This document shows, piece by piece, positions 35,394 to 45,861 of a stretch of 64,000 bases of DNA. The notes beneath the pieces are model-generated. The model saw only the letters and a program-made list of their open reading frames with translations. It was not told where the DNA came from and ran no database searches. The stretch comes from a virus, in the UHGV virus genome UHGV-0141727. One strand, given 5' to 3'. Both the position numbers and the translations under genes were made by a program. Each line of letters begins with the position of its first letter. Position 1 is the stretch's first letter.

Positions 35394-35825
35394 ATGTTTA
35401 ACTATCCGGTAAAACTGGAGCGCGACGACAATACCGGCGCGTATGTCGTATCATGCCGCGACCTACCATTGTTTAATTCCGTGGGTGACTCAGTTGAAGA
35501 AGCGTTGCTTGAGGCTGGTTATGGATTGGTCGCAGCGGTTGCGATTGAGATTGAAGAACGCCGACCTGTTCCCACTGGTAGCGAGCCAAAAGAAGGTGAG
35601 TACGTTGTCTCTTTGCCAGTGCTACCAGCAATGAAGGCTGCACTCCACAACGCGATGATAGAAACCGGCACACGCAAAGCAGAGTTGGCGCGCAAACTCG
35701 GAAAAAATGGAACACAGATTGATCGGCTTCTCGACGTCGAACATTCATCGAAAGTTGAAACTGTCGAGTTGGCACTGCATCAACTGAATAAAAATATCGC
35801 CGTATCTGTCACACCAATGCGGTGA
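35394..35825 (+). CDS. hicB: HicB-family antitoxin with C-terminal HTH
   Basis: 143 aa; C-terminal GTRKAELARKLGKNGTQIDRLL; immediately downstream of hicA. Confidence 0.75.
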   Translation: MFNYPVKLERDDNTGAYVVSCRDLPLFNSVGDSVEEALLEAGYGLVAAVAIEIEERRPVPTGSEPKEGEYVVSLPVLPAMKAALHNAMIETGTRKAELARKLGKNGTQIDRLLDVEHSSKVETVELALHQLNKNIAVSVTPMR

Positions 35826-35937
35826 CTGCTCCCCGCCCTGGCTGGGCGAGGATTTACGGGGTATTTGTTAAAAACGCTCTATTCAAAGAAGAAATACCGA
35901 ATCCCCCGGAGGTTATCCGGGGTGTCCGGTCGCCAGG

Positions 35938-37323
35938 TCAGGTTTCCAGCCCAAAATCGCTTTGTTCTGTTTTGGCTTCGAACATCGTGAAGTTAAGCCC
36001 TTTCCCCTCTCCATGTTCCAGTTCAATCTCATTAGAAACAGCGGTCAAAATACTACGTAGATCGACATCTCCACCGCCGAACATATCGCCCAACGCCTGC
36101 TGTTTATGAATCAGTTCGTCGTTGATTTTTTGTGCCATTTTTTTGAATGCAGCCCCCATGCGCTTCGCGCTTCGATTATTTGCCACGATGAATAGCGCCA
36201 ACGCCTCAGCTTCCGGCGTGCTATCACCGAAGAGTCCGCGCTGGGCTATCACCTCTTCCACTGCCTGACCGTTGTCTTTGGCTTCACGAACAAGGTTAAT
36301 CGCGTCCTGGAGTGCTGCTATAGCCTGTTTATCCAGACCGTTCACCTGCTCTATACCATCAACCAGACCAGTTACAGCATCATGATGTGCATCGCCAGAA
36401 ATCGACTGCATTTGCGCAAAGTCACTGGCTGCTGTATTAAGCGCGGTCAGGATATTGCGCATTTCCGGATCCGGTTCTTCCGCCACAAGCCGAACAAGTC
36501 GCTCATCCTTATAGGCTTTGGCAAAAATCGCATTCTGAATGCGATCGATAAGCTGTTTCGTTGGACGTCCATCGGCTGTAAGCAAACCTGCCGTCGCGGT
36601 ATCGCCTATTTCGTGCAAAAACGCACGAATAAACGCATCATTGGACCGCGCCAGTAGATTGCCATCATCTGAAGGATTAAATAGCGCCATGACGCTCTCA
36701 GTGAGAAATTGCGCATCCGCATACGCTTTCTCACTTGCAGCCATCTCTTGCAGATCGCTGATGTTTGAGTCGCGTGCAAATTGAGCACGATCAACGTCAG
36801 TGAGGCGCTCGCGAACCAGTACAGGCATCACCATTGCCCTGACGTCTTCGGGATTAAGGCCAAACTCTTTAGCGTGATCGATAAGATATTGTCGGTAATC
36901 TTCAGCCTGCCCTTGTTCATAAGCACGCCAGATTCCCATGCTTCGACCATTACCAGACTCAACGACATTATCCGGACCAACAATCGGGGAACCATGACTA
37001 CTCATACCCGAATCAGTGAGTTGTGCCGGGCGTAAATTGGCGGCGATACGGTTAACCTGGAGCTTACTTGACAGTCGGGTGCGATCGCGAGGCTGGAGTT
37101 CCTCCGGAAATGACGGATTTATACTTCCGTCCAGGTTGTTAGAAATGATGAGCTTTTTGGCATCAATAACCTTGAACGCTGTTTTAACTTCGTCGCCTTT
37201 GCTGGTGACGACATAGCTGCTACGCCCCAACTTCGTCTCTTGCTTTTCAAGAGATGACACCACAGCGATAACCCCCTCAATGTTCGCTGCGGCTAGAAGT
37301 GCTGATGTTACGTTTTGAGTCAC
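35938..37323 (-). CDS. hypothetical protein (461 aa) in the DarA-like operon
   Basis: Long ORF co-directional with the holin/DarA-like genes. Confidence 0.3.
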   Translation of the reverse strand: MTQNVTSALLAAANIEGVIAVVSSLEKQETKLGRSSYVVTSKGDEVKTAFKVIDAKKLIISNNLDGSINPSFPEELQPRDRTRLSSKLQVNRIAANLRPAQLTDSGMSSHGSPIVGPDNVVESGNGRSMGIWRAYEQGQAEDYRQYLIDHAKEFGLNPEDVRAMVMPVLVRERLTDVDRAQFARDSNISDLQEMAASEKAYADAQFLTESVMALFNPSDDGNLLARSNDAFIRAFLHEIGDTATAGLLTADGRPTKQLIDRIQNAIFAKAYKDERLVRLVAEEPDPEMRNILTALNTAASDFAQMQSISGDAHHDAVTGLVDGIEQVNGLDKQAIAALQDAINLVREAKDNGQAVEEVIAQRGLFGDSTPEAEALALFIVANNRSAKRMGAAFKKMAQKINDELIHKQQALGDMFGGGDVDLRSILTAVSNEIELEHGEGKGLNFTMFEAKTEQSDFGLET

Positions 37324-37414
37324 AATTAACCACCTTTCTGTAAAAAAGGCAGTGTAAAAAGTGTGTTATTTCGCTGACTATTTTAAGAAGAAAGGGGCAT
37401 TCTGCCCCTCTCTT

Positions 37415-37786
37415 TTACGCTGCATACCCGTTAGCTGAAACCCAGTTTACGGTCTGTTCTTTGGCCTGGTCGAGTGTCAAAAATTCACCAATATATTGAG
37501 ATATGCCTCTCAAAGCATCGATGAACTCCATTTGTGATGATTTAGTAAATGCACCACTAAGGAAGTCAACAACAATTTTAGGCGTTTCTTGTGCCGCCGG
37601 TTGCACTTCCTCTTCTTGCTGTTGCGCTGGATTATTCGATGAACCAAGCCCCAGCTTCATCATCACTTCAACTATCCGCACGCCAATAGTGACACGTTGT
37701 ACCGCAGTCGCGCTTTTTTGCGCTGACATCAGCTCAGACAGTTCTTTGCCTAAGCTAAGGCGCTCCGTTACTGATATTTTCACCAC
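37415..37786 (-). CDS. hypothetical protein (123 aa)
   Basis: ORF overlapping the upstream gene end. Confidence 0.3.
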   Translation of the reverse strand: MVKISVTERLSLGKELSELMSAQKSATAVQRVTIGVRIVEVMMKLGLGSSNNPAQQQEEEVQPAAQETPKIVVDFLSGAFTKSSQMEFIDALRGISQYIGEFLTLDQAKEQTVNWVSANGYAA

Positions 37787-39732
37787 ACGCCCCCTTGTTG
37801 TATCTCTGCCAAAATGTTGATCAGGTGATCGGCTGCCGCACCAACAAGTGACTCGTTCTCATCATATCGACCTGCGTTGATAAGAACATTAGCTGCCTCC
37901 TGAATGCGATCAAACTCCGCTCTAATCACCGTCAAATCACGGGACGTAAACTGCAACGGCACGGATTTCAGATATTCCAGCGCACTGTCCGCCTCCTGAT
38001 CAGCCTCACTAACGACTGGCCCATCTGAACCTGTATCAGACTCTTGGGGGGATTCAGGTTCAGACTCAGGTACTGGTACTGGTACTGCTTCCGGTGCCTG
38101 ATCTAATGTCTGTTCAGCTTCGACTACTTCTGATTGATTCTGAAGCGCGTCATAGATATCCATTATAAAAAGGTTCTCCCCATCTCCAAGTGGATAAGCG
38201 ACGTTAGGAAATGCTTTGCGGAAGAGGATTTTTATCTGCGCCTTAAAGGTTTTCAAGTCGCTTCCAAACAGATCAACATAGCCATCAATATGGTTCGACA
38301 TACTGGACGCAACCAATTCGCCTGCAATCTCTTTCAATTCATCGTCACCAGGGAGATATAGCAACTCGTACTGACTGACTTCTTCGTCTGTCAGTTTGCG
38401 GTCATACGTAATGATTCCGTGACGAGCATATTCGTAATACGGATCAGCCTGATCAGGACGGTCAAGTACAGCTTTATTTCCTTCAGGAACCGCACCAACA
38501 CCCGCCGGGCGAGATTGGAGCGCATAGCGATATTTACCAACCTCCAGGGGATCAGGATGTGATTCTGGTTGTGGCTCCTGTTCAGGCTGCGGCTGATCAG
38601 TTGGCTCAGGCTGGCCCGGCAACACATCCACTTTGTATTGATCAGCATTATGTTCACGATAGGCTTTAAGTAATTTGGTTGCAGCGTCCGCTGAACTCCC
38701 ACCTTTAACAGCACTGACATCAATACTGAAATTGCCTTCTGGTGCCTCAATCGTGACAAAGCTATCACTGCCTGACGTGACATACTTAACTACAGCACCA
38801 TTATCCAGCGTTGTTTGGCCTTCTGTAGCAAGATTATGTTTTATGTGTCGCAGTTGATCATTGAAGGCACGCTCTTTAGTTCCTTGGCTCTTAGCTGACA
38901 ATAAATTATCGCGTTTAGCCTGCAATTCCGCGTTAAGGGCTTTTTGTGCGTCTAATTTATTCTGCATATCATTGAGTGTTGAGCGTTTCTCTGCCAGCCC
39001 CCGCTGTGCGTCTTCAACCTGCTCAATCAGCACAGAACGTTCTTCTGCCAGCTTGTCGGCTTCATTGAGATACCCCTCAATATCAGCCTTCATTTTGTCT
39101 TGGCGCTCCTTTGCTTTTTTGAATTTTGCACTATTACGCTCAATGAGGTTAGAAAGCGCCTGGCATACCTGGCTCAGAGATACATCACGCCCACCGATTG
39201 GCGCAACAACATGCGTAACGTTTCTTTTGTTAAGAAGAAACTGAAACGCAACCAGCTCGTCATCCCCTTTAATTCTTGTGCCGTCTGCGGTTGGAGAATG
39301 GAAAATTATGCTTGTCGTTTGCCCATCGGTTAGAGGTATTTGTGCTGTTACAACAGGGATATTAGCAACCCGGCGCACGCGCCCAATGATTGCCCCACCG
39401 ATACTATTACGTCCGTCTTCATATTCACCTGCCTCATCCGTACCCGCAGCAATGTCAGTGCCATTCAGGCCGCGATTAAGCGCCCGGACAAATGCTCGCA
39501 TTGTTTGCGCTAACCGCAATTTTGTTGTGGTTATAGCTTCGAACATTGCCTCATTGGTAGTTACCAAAATTTCGTTGCCCATATAGGCCAGCTCGATATC
39601 TTCCAGCGTCGCAGGCTCGATAAGTAAATCATCCTCGGTGATATCTTCCGCCACCCAACGATTAGGCGTATATCCAGTGAGCGTATCTGCAAAAGTGGAC
39701 TGGATATTTATTCGAATAGGTTTCTTTATCAT
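37780..39732 (-). CDS. DarA-like protein (size and position match P1 DarA)
   Basis: 650 aa downstream of holin/antiholin-like genes, as in the P1 lydA-lydB-darA operon; proline/acidic linkers. Confidence 0.35.
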   Translation of the reverse strand: MIKKPIRINIQSTFADTLTGYTPNRWVAEDITEDDLLIEPATLEDIELAYMGNEILVTTNEAMFEAITTTKLRLAQTMRAFVRALNRGLNGTDIAAGTDEAGEYEDGRNSIGGAIIGRVRRVANIPVVTAQIPLTDGQTTSIIFHSPTADGTRIKGDDELVAFQFLLNKRNVTHVVAPIGGRDVSLSQVCQALSNLIERNSAKFKKAKERQDKMKADIEGYLNEADKLAEERSVLIEQVEDAQRGLAEKRSTLNDMQNKLDAQKALNAELQAKRDNLLSAKSQGTKERAFNDQLRHIKHNLATEGQTTLDNGAVVKYVTSGSDSFVTIEAPEGNFSIDVSAVKGGSSADAATKLLKAYREHNADQYKVDVLPGQPEPTDQPQPEQEPQPESHPDPLEVGKYRYALQSRPAGVGAVPEGNKAVLDRPDQADPYYEYARHGIITYDRKLTDEEVSQYELLYLPGDDELKEIAGELVASSMSNHIDGYVDLFGSDLKTFKAQIKILFRKAFPNVAYPLGDGENLFIMDIYDALQNQSEVVEAEQTLDQAPEAVPVPVPESEPESPQESDTGSDGPVVSEADQEADSALEYLKSVPLQFTSRDLTVIRAEFDRIQEAANVLINAGRYDENESLVGAAADHLINILAEIQQGGVW

Positions 39733-40370
39733 GCATCTTCCTCCAGGCGCGCTATTTCTTCTTTCAATACGCGAGTTTTCGCCAGTTCCTGCGCCATCTC
39801 GGTTCTAATGATTTCAGTTTCTCTTGTTGCGCGGTCTGAATTACCTTGCACCTGATTTAATTTTTCTTTGGCCCTTTCAATATCCTCGCGGATCGCATCG
39901 CGAGATTCCTTTGCCTCTGCTAGTTTCTGCGCATTGGACTTAACGCCTTTTATTTTCTTATTCCCATCATCAATATCTTTCGCCGCACGAGCTAACTTAC
40001 GCGCCAATGATTTCTGAAATGATGATGCGCCTTTATTAAATAAAGCAGCCAGTGATTGCCCTAAAGCCGTCAGCGTTTTAACAGGCTTGAAAGGAACAAT
40101 TTTTCCGTTCAGTTTTACACCAGAAATATCACCAGTATCATTAACCTGAACGTCCATCGTCTGCTCATCGATTCCGATAAGGGTAAACGTGCGCGTCATG
40201 ATCCCGTCTTTCTTCCTGCCATTACTGGCGGGGATCACCCTCGCTATCTTGTAGCCTCCTTTACCGATTTCTTTGACGAGTTTTGCCAGCCCCTTTTCGT
40301 TTAACTCATCATAATTAAGAAGAACATAATTAGACTTATTTGACATTCCAGTCTCCTTCACACTTTTCAA
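39729..40370 (-). CDS. hypothetical protein (213 aa), coiled-coil C-terminus
   Basis: ORF between the membrane-protein gene and the DarA-like gene. Confidence 0.3.
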   Translation of the reverse strand: MKSVKETGMSNKSNYVLLNYDELNEKGLAKLVKEIGKGGYKIARVIPASNGRKKDGIMTRTFTLIGIDEQTMDVQVNDTGDISGVKLNGKIVPFKPVKTLTALGQSLAALFNKGASSFQKSLARKLARAAKDIDDGNKKIKGVKSNAQKLAEAKESRDAIREDIERAKEKLNQVQGNSDRATRETEIIRTEMAQELAKTRVLKEEIARLEEDA

Positions 40371-40782
40371 TCATAAACTGGCGTTCTATGCAGTCATTGA
40401 TAGGGAAAATGCGATAAAGCGGATTCAGGCGGCAATTACCGTTAGTCAATGTGACCTTTAGATCCCACTTCGCTGGCTCAAGATATTTCGTGTCGATGAG
40501 CAAATATTCTTCTCTCTCACCGCGTTTTGATGCGTCAACTGGTCTTGTTTTCCCCGAAATAACCACAGATGGATTTTTCAAGTCCTGCAACCAATATTCG
40601 ATTTGTGCATTGCTTACCCAGCTTCGCTTAACGCGAAGCGACACAGGAAACGCTATAGCAGACTCTTTCACTACAGCTTCGCCAATGCTCAAAATATCAA
40701 CACTCTTGCGACGAAATAAGAAACGGTCAATAACGGCAACAAATGCCATGATAAAAATGAAATAATTTCCAAAGTCACCCAT
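40336..40782 (-). CDS. membrane protein, possibly antiholin (LydB-like by size and position)
   Basis: N-terminal TM FIFIMAFVAVI; 148 aa; abuts the holin-like gene. Confidence 0.3.
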   Translation of the reverse strand: MGDFGNYFIFIMAFVAVIDRFLFRRKSVDILSIGEAVVKESAIAFPVSLRVKRSWVSNAQIEYWLQDLKNPSVVISGKTRPVDASKRGEREEYLLIDTKYLEPAKWDLKVTLTNGNCRLNPLYRIFPINDCIERQFMIEKCEGDWNVK

Positions 40783-41108
40783 TACTTCTCTCCACCTTTT
40801 CCCCCACTCGCTATTACGCTTAAGAGATTCAAGACGTTACTAGCTCTGGACTTCAAGCCCTGTAAAATTTCACTTCCGTTGTTACTGGCAATCAGAACAA
40901 CGCAGTAAATGATGCCTTCCGGCCATTCATAGCTATCAGCCACCCAAAATCCCGCAAGCCCAGCAGTTACCGCAGTAAACAATTCACTCGCGAGGTTGAG
41001 CAGTGACGCAGAAATGCGCCCGTCTCTAACTCCGAGAAGGAATACGCCGGTTCCACTCAGCAGGGATGTTATGACTGCTACAGCCAGATTTTCATAATCT
41101 GCAAACAT
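40782..41108 (-). CDS. holin-like small membrane protein
   Basis: 108 aa with 2-3 predicted TM helices and a charged C-terminus. Confidence 0.4.
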   Translation of the reverse strand: MFADYENLAVAVITSLLSGTGVFLLGVRDGRISASLLNLASELFTAVTAGLAGFWVADSYEWPEGIIYCVVLIASNNGSEILQGLKSRASNVLNLLSVIASGGKGGEK

Positions 41109-41572
41109 ACCCCTCCAGAAATGACGTTTAACGCGGCTTCAACTTATCCAGTTTGTTATTTCCCGACTAAATGCCATTCACACAAAATGGATGCATATGA
41201 TGGCCCGGTGGTCCGTAAACCTCGTCACTCAGAGCGTGGAGGATGCCAAATTCGCGTATCAACAAAATGGTCCAAACACGGCTTTAAAGAGAAATACGCT
41301 TGAATGCGCAAGATGTGAGCTGATTCTTGAGGACAAAATGATGACATGTGAGTCTTCACAAGCGTCATTCAGTGAATATAATACCGACTCTCTCAGATAC
41401 TACTAACTGGGTGTTCATTATGCCCGCCGTCATTGACTAGACGGCGGGCTTTTTTTGTGCCGAAGGATAGCGTTGCTCAAAAAAAACACAAAACCGCACG
41501 CTAATGAAGCCCTCAACAAAAGAGGGCTTGAAATATCAAAAAAAATAGTGCTGATTGGATTGTTATGATTGT

Positions 41573-41995
41573 TTATGCAGGCATCTCAGGCCATGAGATA
41601 TCTGCATCAACAGAAGTGTCAACTCTATTAAGAAGAACTCTATACCTCTTTAACTTTGTCAACATTTCTATTTCCTCATCAGTGGCAATATCCATATCAA
41701 CAGCATCCTGAAGCGTTGATATTTTTATGCTCACATCATTCATAAGACTACTTTTGGTGTTTTCAGCAATGCTGACTCTCTCCTCTAAGCTCATAGGTTG
41801 TGGGTCAGATAACATTGGATAACCATCGCCATTTGCAATTATTATTTTCCCATTGCCATACCCTGATAACAGTTCATCATATAAGTCATCAGGTATATGT
41901 ACAGCATCGGACGGCCATGAACCGTTTTTATCGTAATCTTCTTTTAGTCTATCGTCGTAGAAACCACCAGTCTCTTTGCTGTAATACTTTGCCAT
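41573..41995 (-). CDS. tail fiber assembly protein (Tfa/gpU-like)
   Basis: 140 aa directly downstream of the tail fiber gene; typical Tfa layout. Confidence 0.7.
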   Translation of the reverse strand: MAKYYSKETGGFYDDRLKEDYDKNGSWPSDAVHIPDDLYDELLSGYGNGKIIIANGDGYPMLSDPQPMSLEERVSIAENTKSSLMNDVSIKISTLQDAVDMDIATDEEIEMLTKLKRYRVLLNRVDTSVDADISWPEMPA

Positions 41996-42026
41996 TTAAA
42001 AACCTTCATTCTAATTAGCTATATTT

Positions 42027-45000
42027 TTAATACCCATAAGCAACATACTGTGCATATATTTTATCAGTGGAGCTACTTTTTACTGTAAAACCAGTGGCAG
42101 AGTTGTTGTATGTATAAAGAATTGCATTAACAGCATTCCCGCTATGAGGTGAAATCACAACTGCCGCACACGACTCAGGAAAAGAAGTCGGAAATTTAAC
42201 TACGCTTCCTGGAGTAACAGCCGCTATAGTCCCCCACTGCATCATCACCTTAGTTGATGTATCCTTATGCCATCCATGAATGTTGGCATATGCAGTATTT
42301 TTAGCCTGATATTTCGTGTTGAAATTACTATAGTTACCAGGGGTAATCTGACCAGCGGCAGATAAATTCCCCATAACCCTTACATGACCATCAGCACGTC
42401 CTAATTCTACGCGACCATCACCGCCATCTATCTTTAATGGAGTGTAAACGACATCACCATTAACATTTTGCCCAGTGGTTGATATCTGGAAACTATATCC
42501 AGTATTAGTTATTAGGAATCCATAGTTATTATTATAAGTTAGGCGTATAGCATTTTGGCTGCTGGATATAATTTCACCGGTAACAGTACCACCTGTTGTT
42601 GGTAACGCACCAACATGACTTGCCGTTAATGTGATATCTGCAGAACCATCAAAAGCCACGCCACTTATTTTTCTGGCAGTTTTTAACTTTGTAGCTGTAG
42701 CTGCATTGCCACTTGTATTTTGATTCCCGGCAATATTAACGCCCGGAAGATTGATGTTTGCTGAACCATCAAACGAAACCCCGCCTATTGTGCGTGCTGT
42801 TTGCAGTTTTGTGGCAGTTGCAGCATTGCCGGTAGTGCTCTGATTGCCTGTTTTATTCACGCCCGGCAGGTCGATGTTTGCGGTGCCATTAAATGAAACA
42901 CCACCAATAGTTCTTGCCGTTTGTAATTTCGTTGCAGACGCCGCGTTTCCGGTTGTGTTCTGGTTGCCCGTGGTATTTACACCAGGGATGGAATCTTTCG
43001 ATGTGTAGACCTGCGCCCACTCAGACCAACTAGCTGTATCAGTATCTCGTCGCGAACGTACATGTACAGGCGCATGAGCACCACTTGTACCGCTCCAACC
43101 TATGAACAACTCGCCTTCACCAGCGGCTGTTGCGCCCTTAAGATGAAGCACATTCCCGTAAGCAGAAGGATAGCCGTTGTTGTACGCCTCATACATCTGC
43201 AATCCAGTGGTAGCACCTTGCGTTGTACTGGTGAGCGCAGTAACACGCCCTCTGGACGTAATTGTTGGTATCGAAATGTTCGCAGAACCATCAAACTTAA
43301 CACCGTTGATTGTGCGGGCTGTTTGCAGTTTTGTAGCGGTTGCCGCATTACCTGTTGTGTTCTGGTTACCGGCAATGTTCACACCCGGCAGGTTGATATT
43401 GGCGCTGCCATCAAATGCCACCCCGCCGATTGTGCGGGCCGTCTGAAGTTTCGTTGCGGTTGCCGCATTACCGGTTGTGCTCTGATTACCCGTTTTATTC
43501 ACGCCAGGCAGGTCGATATTAGCACTGCCATCAAATGACACTCCACCGATCGTTCGAGCTGTCTTGAGCTTTGTGGCAGTATCGGCGTTCCCGGTCAGCG
43601 TACCAGTAATCCCACCGCCAACTTTTACGCCGTTACCGATGGACACCAACCCAGTTCTTAAGTTTATAGAAAATGGTCTTAATGGCCCGATGTCACCATT
43701 TTCACCCTCCCCTTCATTTGTCGGGATAAGATGAAGATATTCCTCGGATCTCCTGAAGATAAGGCCAAAGGCCTGGTTAAATATTCGAAGGGCATTTATT
43801 GTGCCAATTTTTAGCTGCCCCCCCATTGTGTCGCCAGAACGCTGAACGGCGTTACCAGCTTGAGAAGCAATATCCGTTAAGCCAAGATCTTCAGGGGTCA
43901 GAGTAATATCTGCCGAACCGTCAAATGCCACACCGTTAATCTTTCTGGCTGTTTTTAATTTCGTCGCAGTATCGGCGTTCCCGGTCAGCGTACCAGTGAT
44001 CCCCGCGCTGAAAGTCTGGCGTGCACTCCATGTGTTAGCCGTGCTCAACAGGGGGATTTTTTCACCGCTGGTACCGAGTTCTCTTAAACCAAGGTATTGG
44101 ATAACAGCCAGAGTGCTTGTTTTAGCCAGAATATCGCGACCGACTGACGTTAAATCAGTCTGGGCTACAGTGTCTGTTCCGGTAAAGTACGGTAATTTAT
44201 TTGCCCCCGTCGCCAGGCCAGCGAGCGCGGTTAAGGTTGCGTCGAGAGGCTGCTTACCTGCAAGGGCATTTGTCATTGTAGTCGCAAAGTTCGGGTCATT
44301 GCCCAGTGCTGCGGCAAGCTCATTCAGGGTATCAAGAGCTTCTGGTGATGAGCCGACCAATGCAGAAATAGCGGCACGAACATAAGCGGTTGTTGCAATC
44401 TGAGTGTTGTTCGTACCTTGTGACGCCGTAGGAGCTGTTGGAACCCCCGTAAATGCCGGGCTTAATAACGGCGCTTTAAGAGCTAACGCATCATTAATCG
44501 TCTGGCTAAACTGGGGATCATTGTTTATTGCATCTGCAATTTTTTTCAGCGTATCCAACGCTGAAGGAGAACCATCAATAAGGGCGGTTATTGCGGCCTG
44601 AACAAAGGCAGTGTTTGCGATTTGTGTACTGTTTGTACCTTGTTCCGGAGTTGGAGATTTAGGTATACCAATAAACTCCGGGCTATCAACCGGAGCTTTT
44701 AGTTTGTTTAACGTGCTGATAGCAAGAGGTGTTGCGGCTTTATATTCTTCGTCACTATCCAAAGCACTGGAAAACTCAACACCAACAGCACGATTAGCAC
44801 GATATTCAGTGCTAATCATATCTGCGGTAACGGCTTGAGCATTGTCAGGCACGATCACGCGGCATAGCTCAATCTGGTTAGATGCTATTTCCTCATCAAC
44901 GAGAGCAATAATTCTCGCTGCGCTAATATCCGATGAACTATCTACCTGGCTGGTTTTCACTCCATGTTCGTAATTAGCTTCAAGAACGATGATTGTCGTT

Positions 45001-45296
45001 ACACCAGCTTCTACAGGAACAAGAACATCACTGACTTGCTGCACGGATATCTGACATTTACCCACGTCAATTGAAGCCGCCCCTTTTCCCTCTGTTTTCT
45101 CGGATGTAATCCGCACAAACAGACCATCCCCTGGCACCGGGTCAAACCCACAGTACACTCCGGGCAGAACGATATTTTTCATCTTCCTGTTTAGAGCTTC
45201 GGTGCTATACAGCTCAAAGTATTGCATGTCTGCAATTAGTGGAGCGGAAATGTCCGAAGATAAGGTGACAATATTCTTTACTTTATCTGCGCACAT
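42027..45296 (-). CDS. tail fiber protein with tandem repeats
   Basis: 1089 aa; at least 8 tandem 29-aa units TGNA(A/D)TATKL(K/Q)TAR(T/K)I(G/N)GV.FDGSA(N/D)I. Confidence 0.8.
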   Translation of the reverse strand: MCADKVKNIVTLSSDISAPLIADMQYFELYSTEALNRKMKNIVLPGVYCGFDPVPGDGLFVRITSEKTEGKGAASIDVGKCQISVQQVSDVLVPVEAGVTTIIVLEANYEHGVKTSQVDSSSDISAARIIALVDEEIASNQIELCRVIVPDNAQAVTADMISTEYRANRAVGVEFSSALDSDEEYKAATPLAISTLNKLKAPVDSPEFIGIPKSPTPEQGTNSTQIANTAFVQAAITALIDGSPSALDTLKKIADAINNDPQFSQTINDALALKAPLLSPAFTGVPTAPTASQGTNNTQIATTAYVRAAISALVGSSPEALDTLNELAAALGNDPNFATTMTNALAGKQPLDATLTALAGLATGANKLPYFTGTDTVAQTDLTSVGRDILAKTSTLAVIQYLGLRELGTSGEKIPLLSTANTWSARQTFSAGITGTLTGNADTATKLKTARKINGVAFDGSADITLTPEDLGLTDIASQAGNAVQRSGDTMGGQLKIGTINALRIFNQAFGLIFRRSEEYLHLIPTNEGEGENGDIGPLRPFSINLRTGLVSIGNGVKVGGGITGTLTGNADTATKLKTARTIGGVSFDGSANIDLPGVNKTGNQSTTGNAATATKLQTARTIGGVAFDGSANINLPGVNIAGNQNTTGNAATATKLQTARTINGVKFDGSANISIPTITSRGRVTALTSTTQGATTGLQMYEAYNNGYPSAYGNVLHLKGATAAGEGELFIGWSGTSGAHAPVHVRSRRDTDTASWSEWAQVYTSKDSIPGVNTTGNQNTTGNAASATKLQTARTIGGVSFNGTANIDLPGVNKTGNQSTTGNAATATKLQTARTIGGVSFDGSANINLPGVNIAGNQNTSGNAATATKLKTARKISGVAFDGSADITLTASHVGALPTTGGTVTGEIISSSQNAIRLTYNNNYGFLITNTGYSFQISTTGQNVNGDVVYTPLKIDGGDGRVELGRADGHVRVMGNLSAAGQITPGNYSNFNTKYQAKNTAYANIHGWHKDTSTKVMMQWGTIAAVTPGSVVKFPTSFPESCAAVVISPHSGNAVNAILYTYNNSATGFTVKSSSTDKIYAQYVAYGY
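42640..43990. repeat. tandem coding repeats inside the tail fiber gene
   Basis: Near-identical 87-nt units visible in DNA and protein; spurious ORFs in other frames. Confidence 0.6.
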
Positions 45297-45298
45297 AA

Positions 45299-45745
45299 TT
45301 ATCCCTCGACCTGTTCAATGGTCATGAGCAAGCTGTATCGCTTACCTTTGAATAAGGTGTCCTGTTGAGTGCAAACAACCCCAAAAGCCTGATCCTCTGC
45401 ATCTACGAGAACCAGCGTATTGAAATCGTAAGGTGTATCGTCCGGCATCGTTTCTTGTGGAAAAGCGGCATTAATCGTAATGACACCATCGAGGCTGGAA
45501 AGAATGAGATTGGATTCAGCAAAATGCTGTGCATCACTTAACTTGAAGTCGAGCGGAATATCAGAAATAGTCCAGCCACCAGCACTATTTACCGTCACAA
45601 GATCTGACTTGCACCAATAAGCCTTTGTCATAACAAAACGCTCACCCCTGCCGATTGCAGACTCTGCACGGCGAGAGTAGTAGTAAGAAAGGAGTTGCGC
45701 CTTGTAAATACTTGAATCGCTTTGAGATTTTAAAGTTTCAGCCAT
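45299..45745 (-). CDS. tail/baseplate-associated protein (148 aa)
   Basis: Adjacent upstream of the tail fiber gene. Confidence 0.3.
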   Translation of the reverse strand: MAETLKSQSDSSIYKAQLLSYYYSRRAESAIGRGERFVMTKAYWCKSDLVTVNSAGGWTISDIPLDFKLSDAQHFAESNLILSSLDGVITINAAFPQETMPDDTPYDFNTLVLVDAEDQAFGVVCTQQDTLFKGKRYSLLMTIEQVEG

Positions 45746-45861
45746 AAGAACATAGCCCCTTTAACAAGCAATAAATCGAAGGGCAGTATGTTCAGTTTGT
45801 GATTTCCGGTGGTCTTCTGTTTTAAGAAATGGCCCCACCCAGTTTGGCGGGGCCTGGTTTG

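Noticed and set aside
42640-44840. ORFs in other frames within the tail fiber gene (e.g. 43062-43538, 43177-43446)
   Set aside because: Artefacts of the tandem repeat: the repeat keeps alternative frames open; the minus-strand 1089-aa frame is the coherent one.
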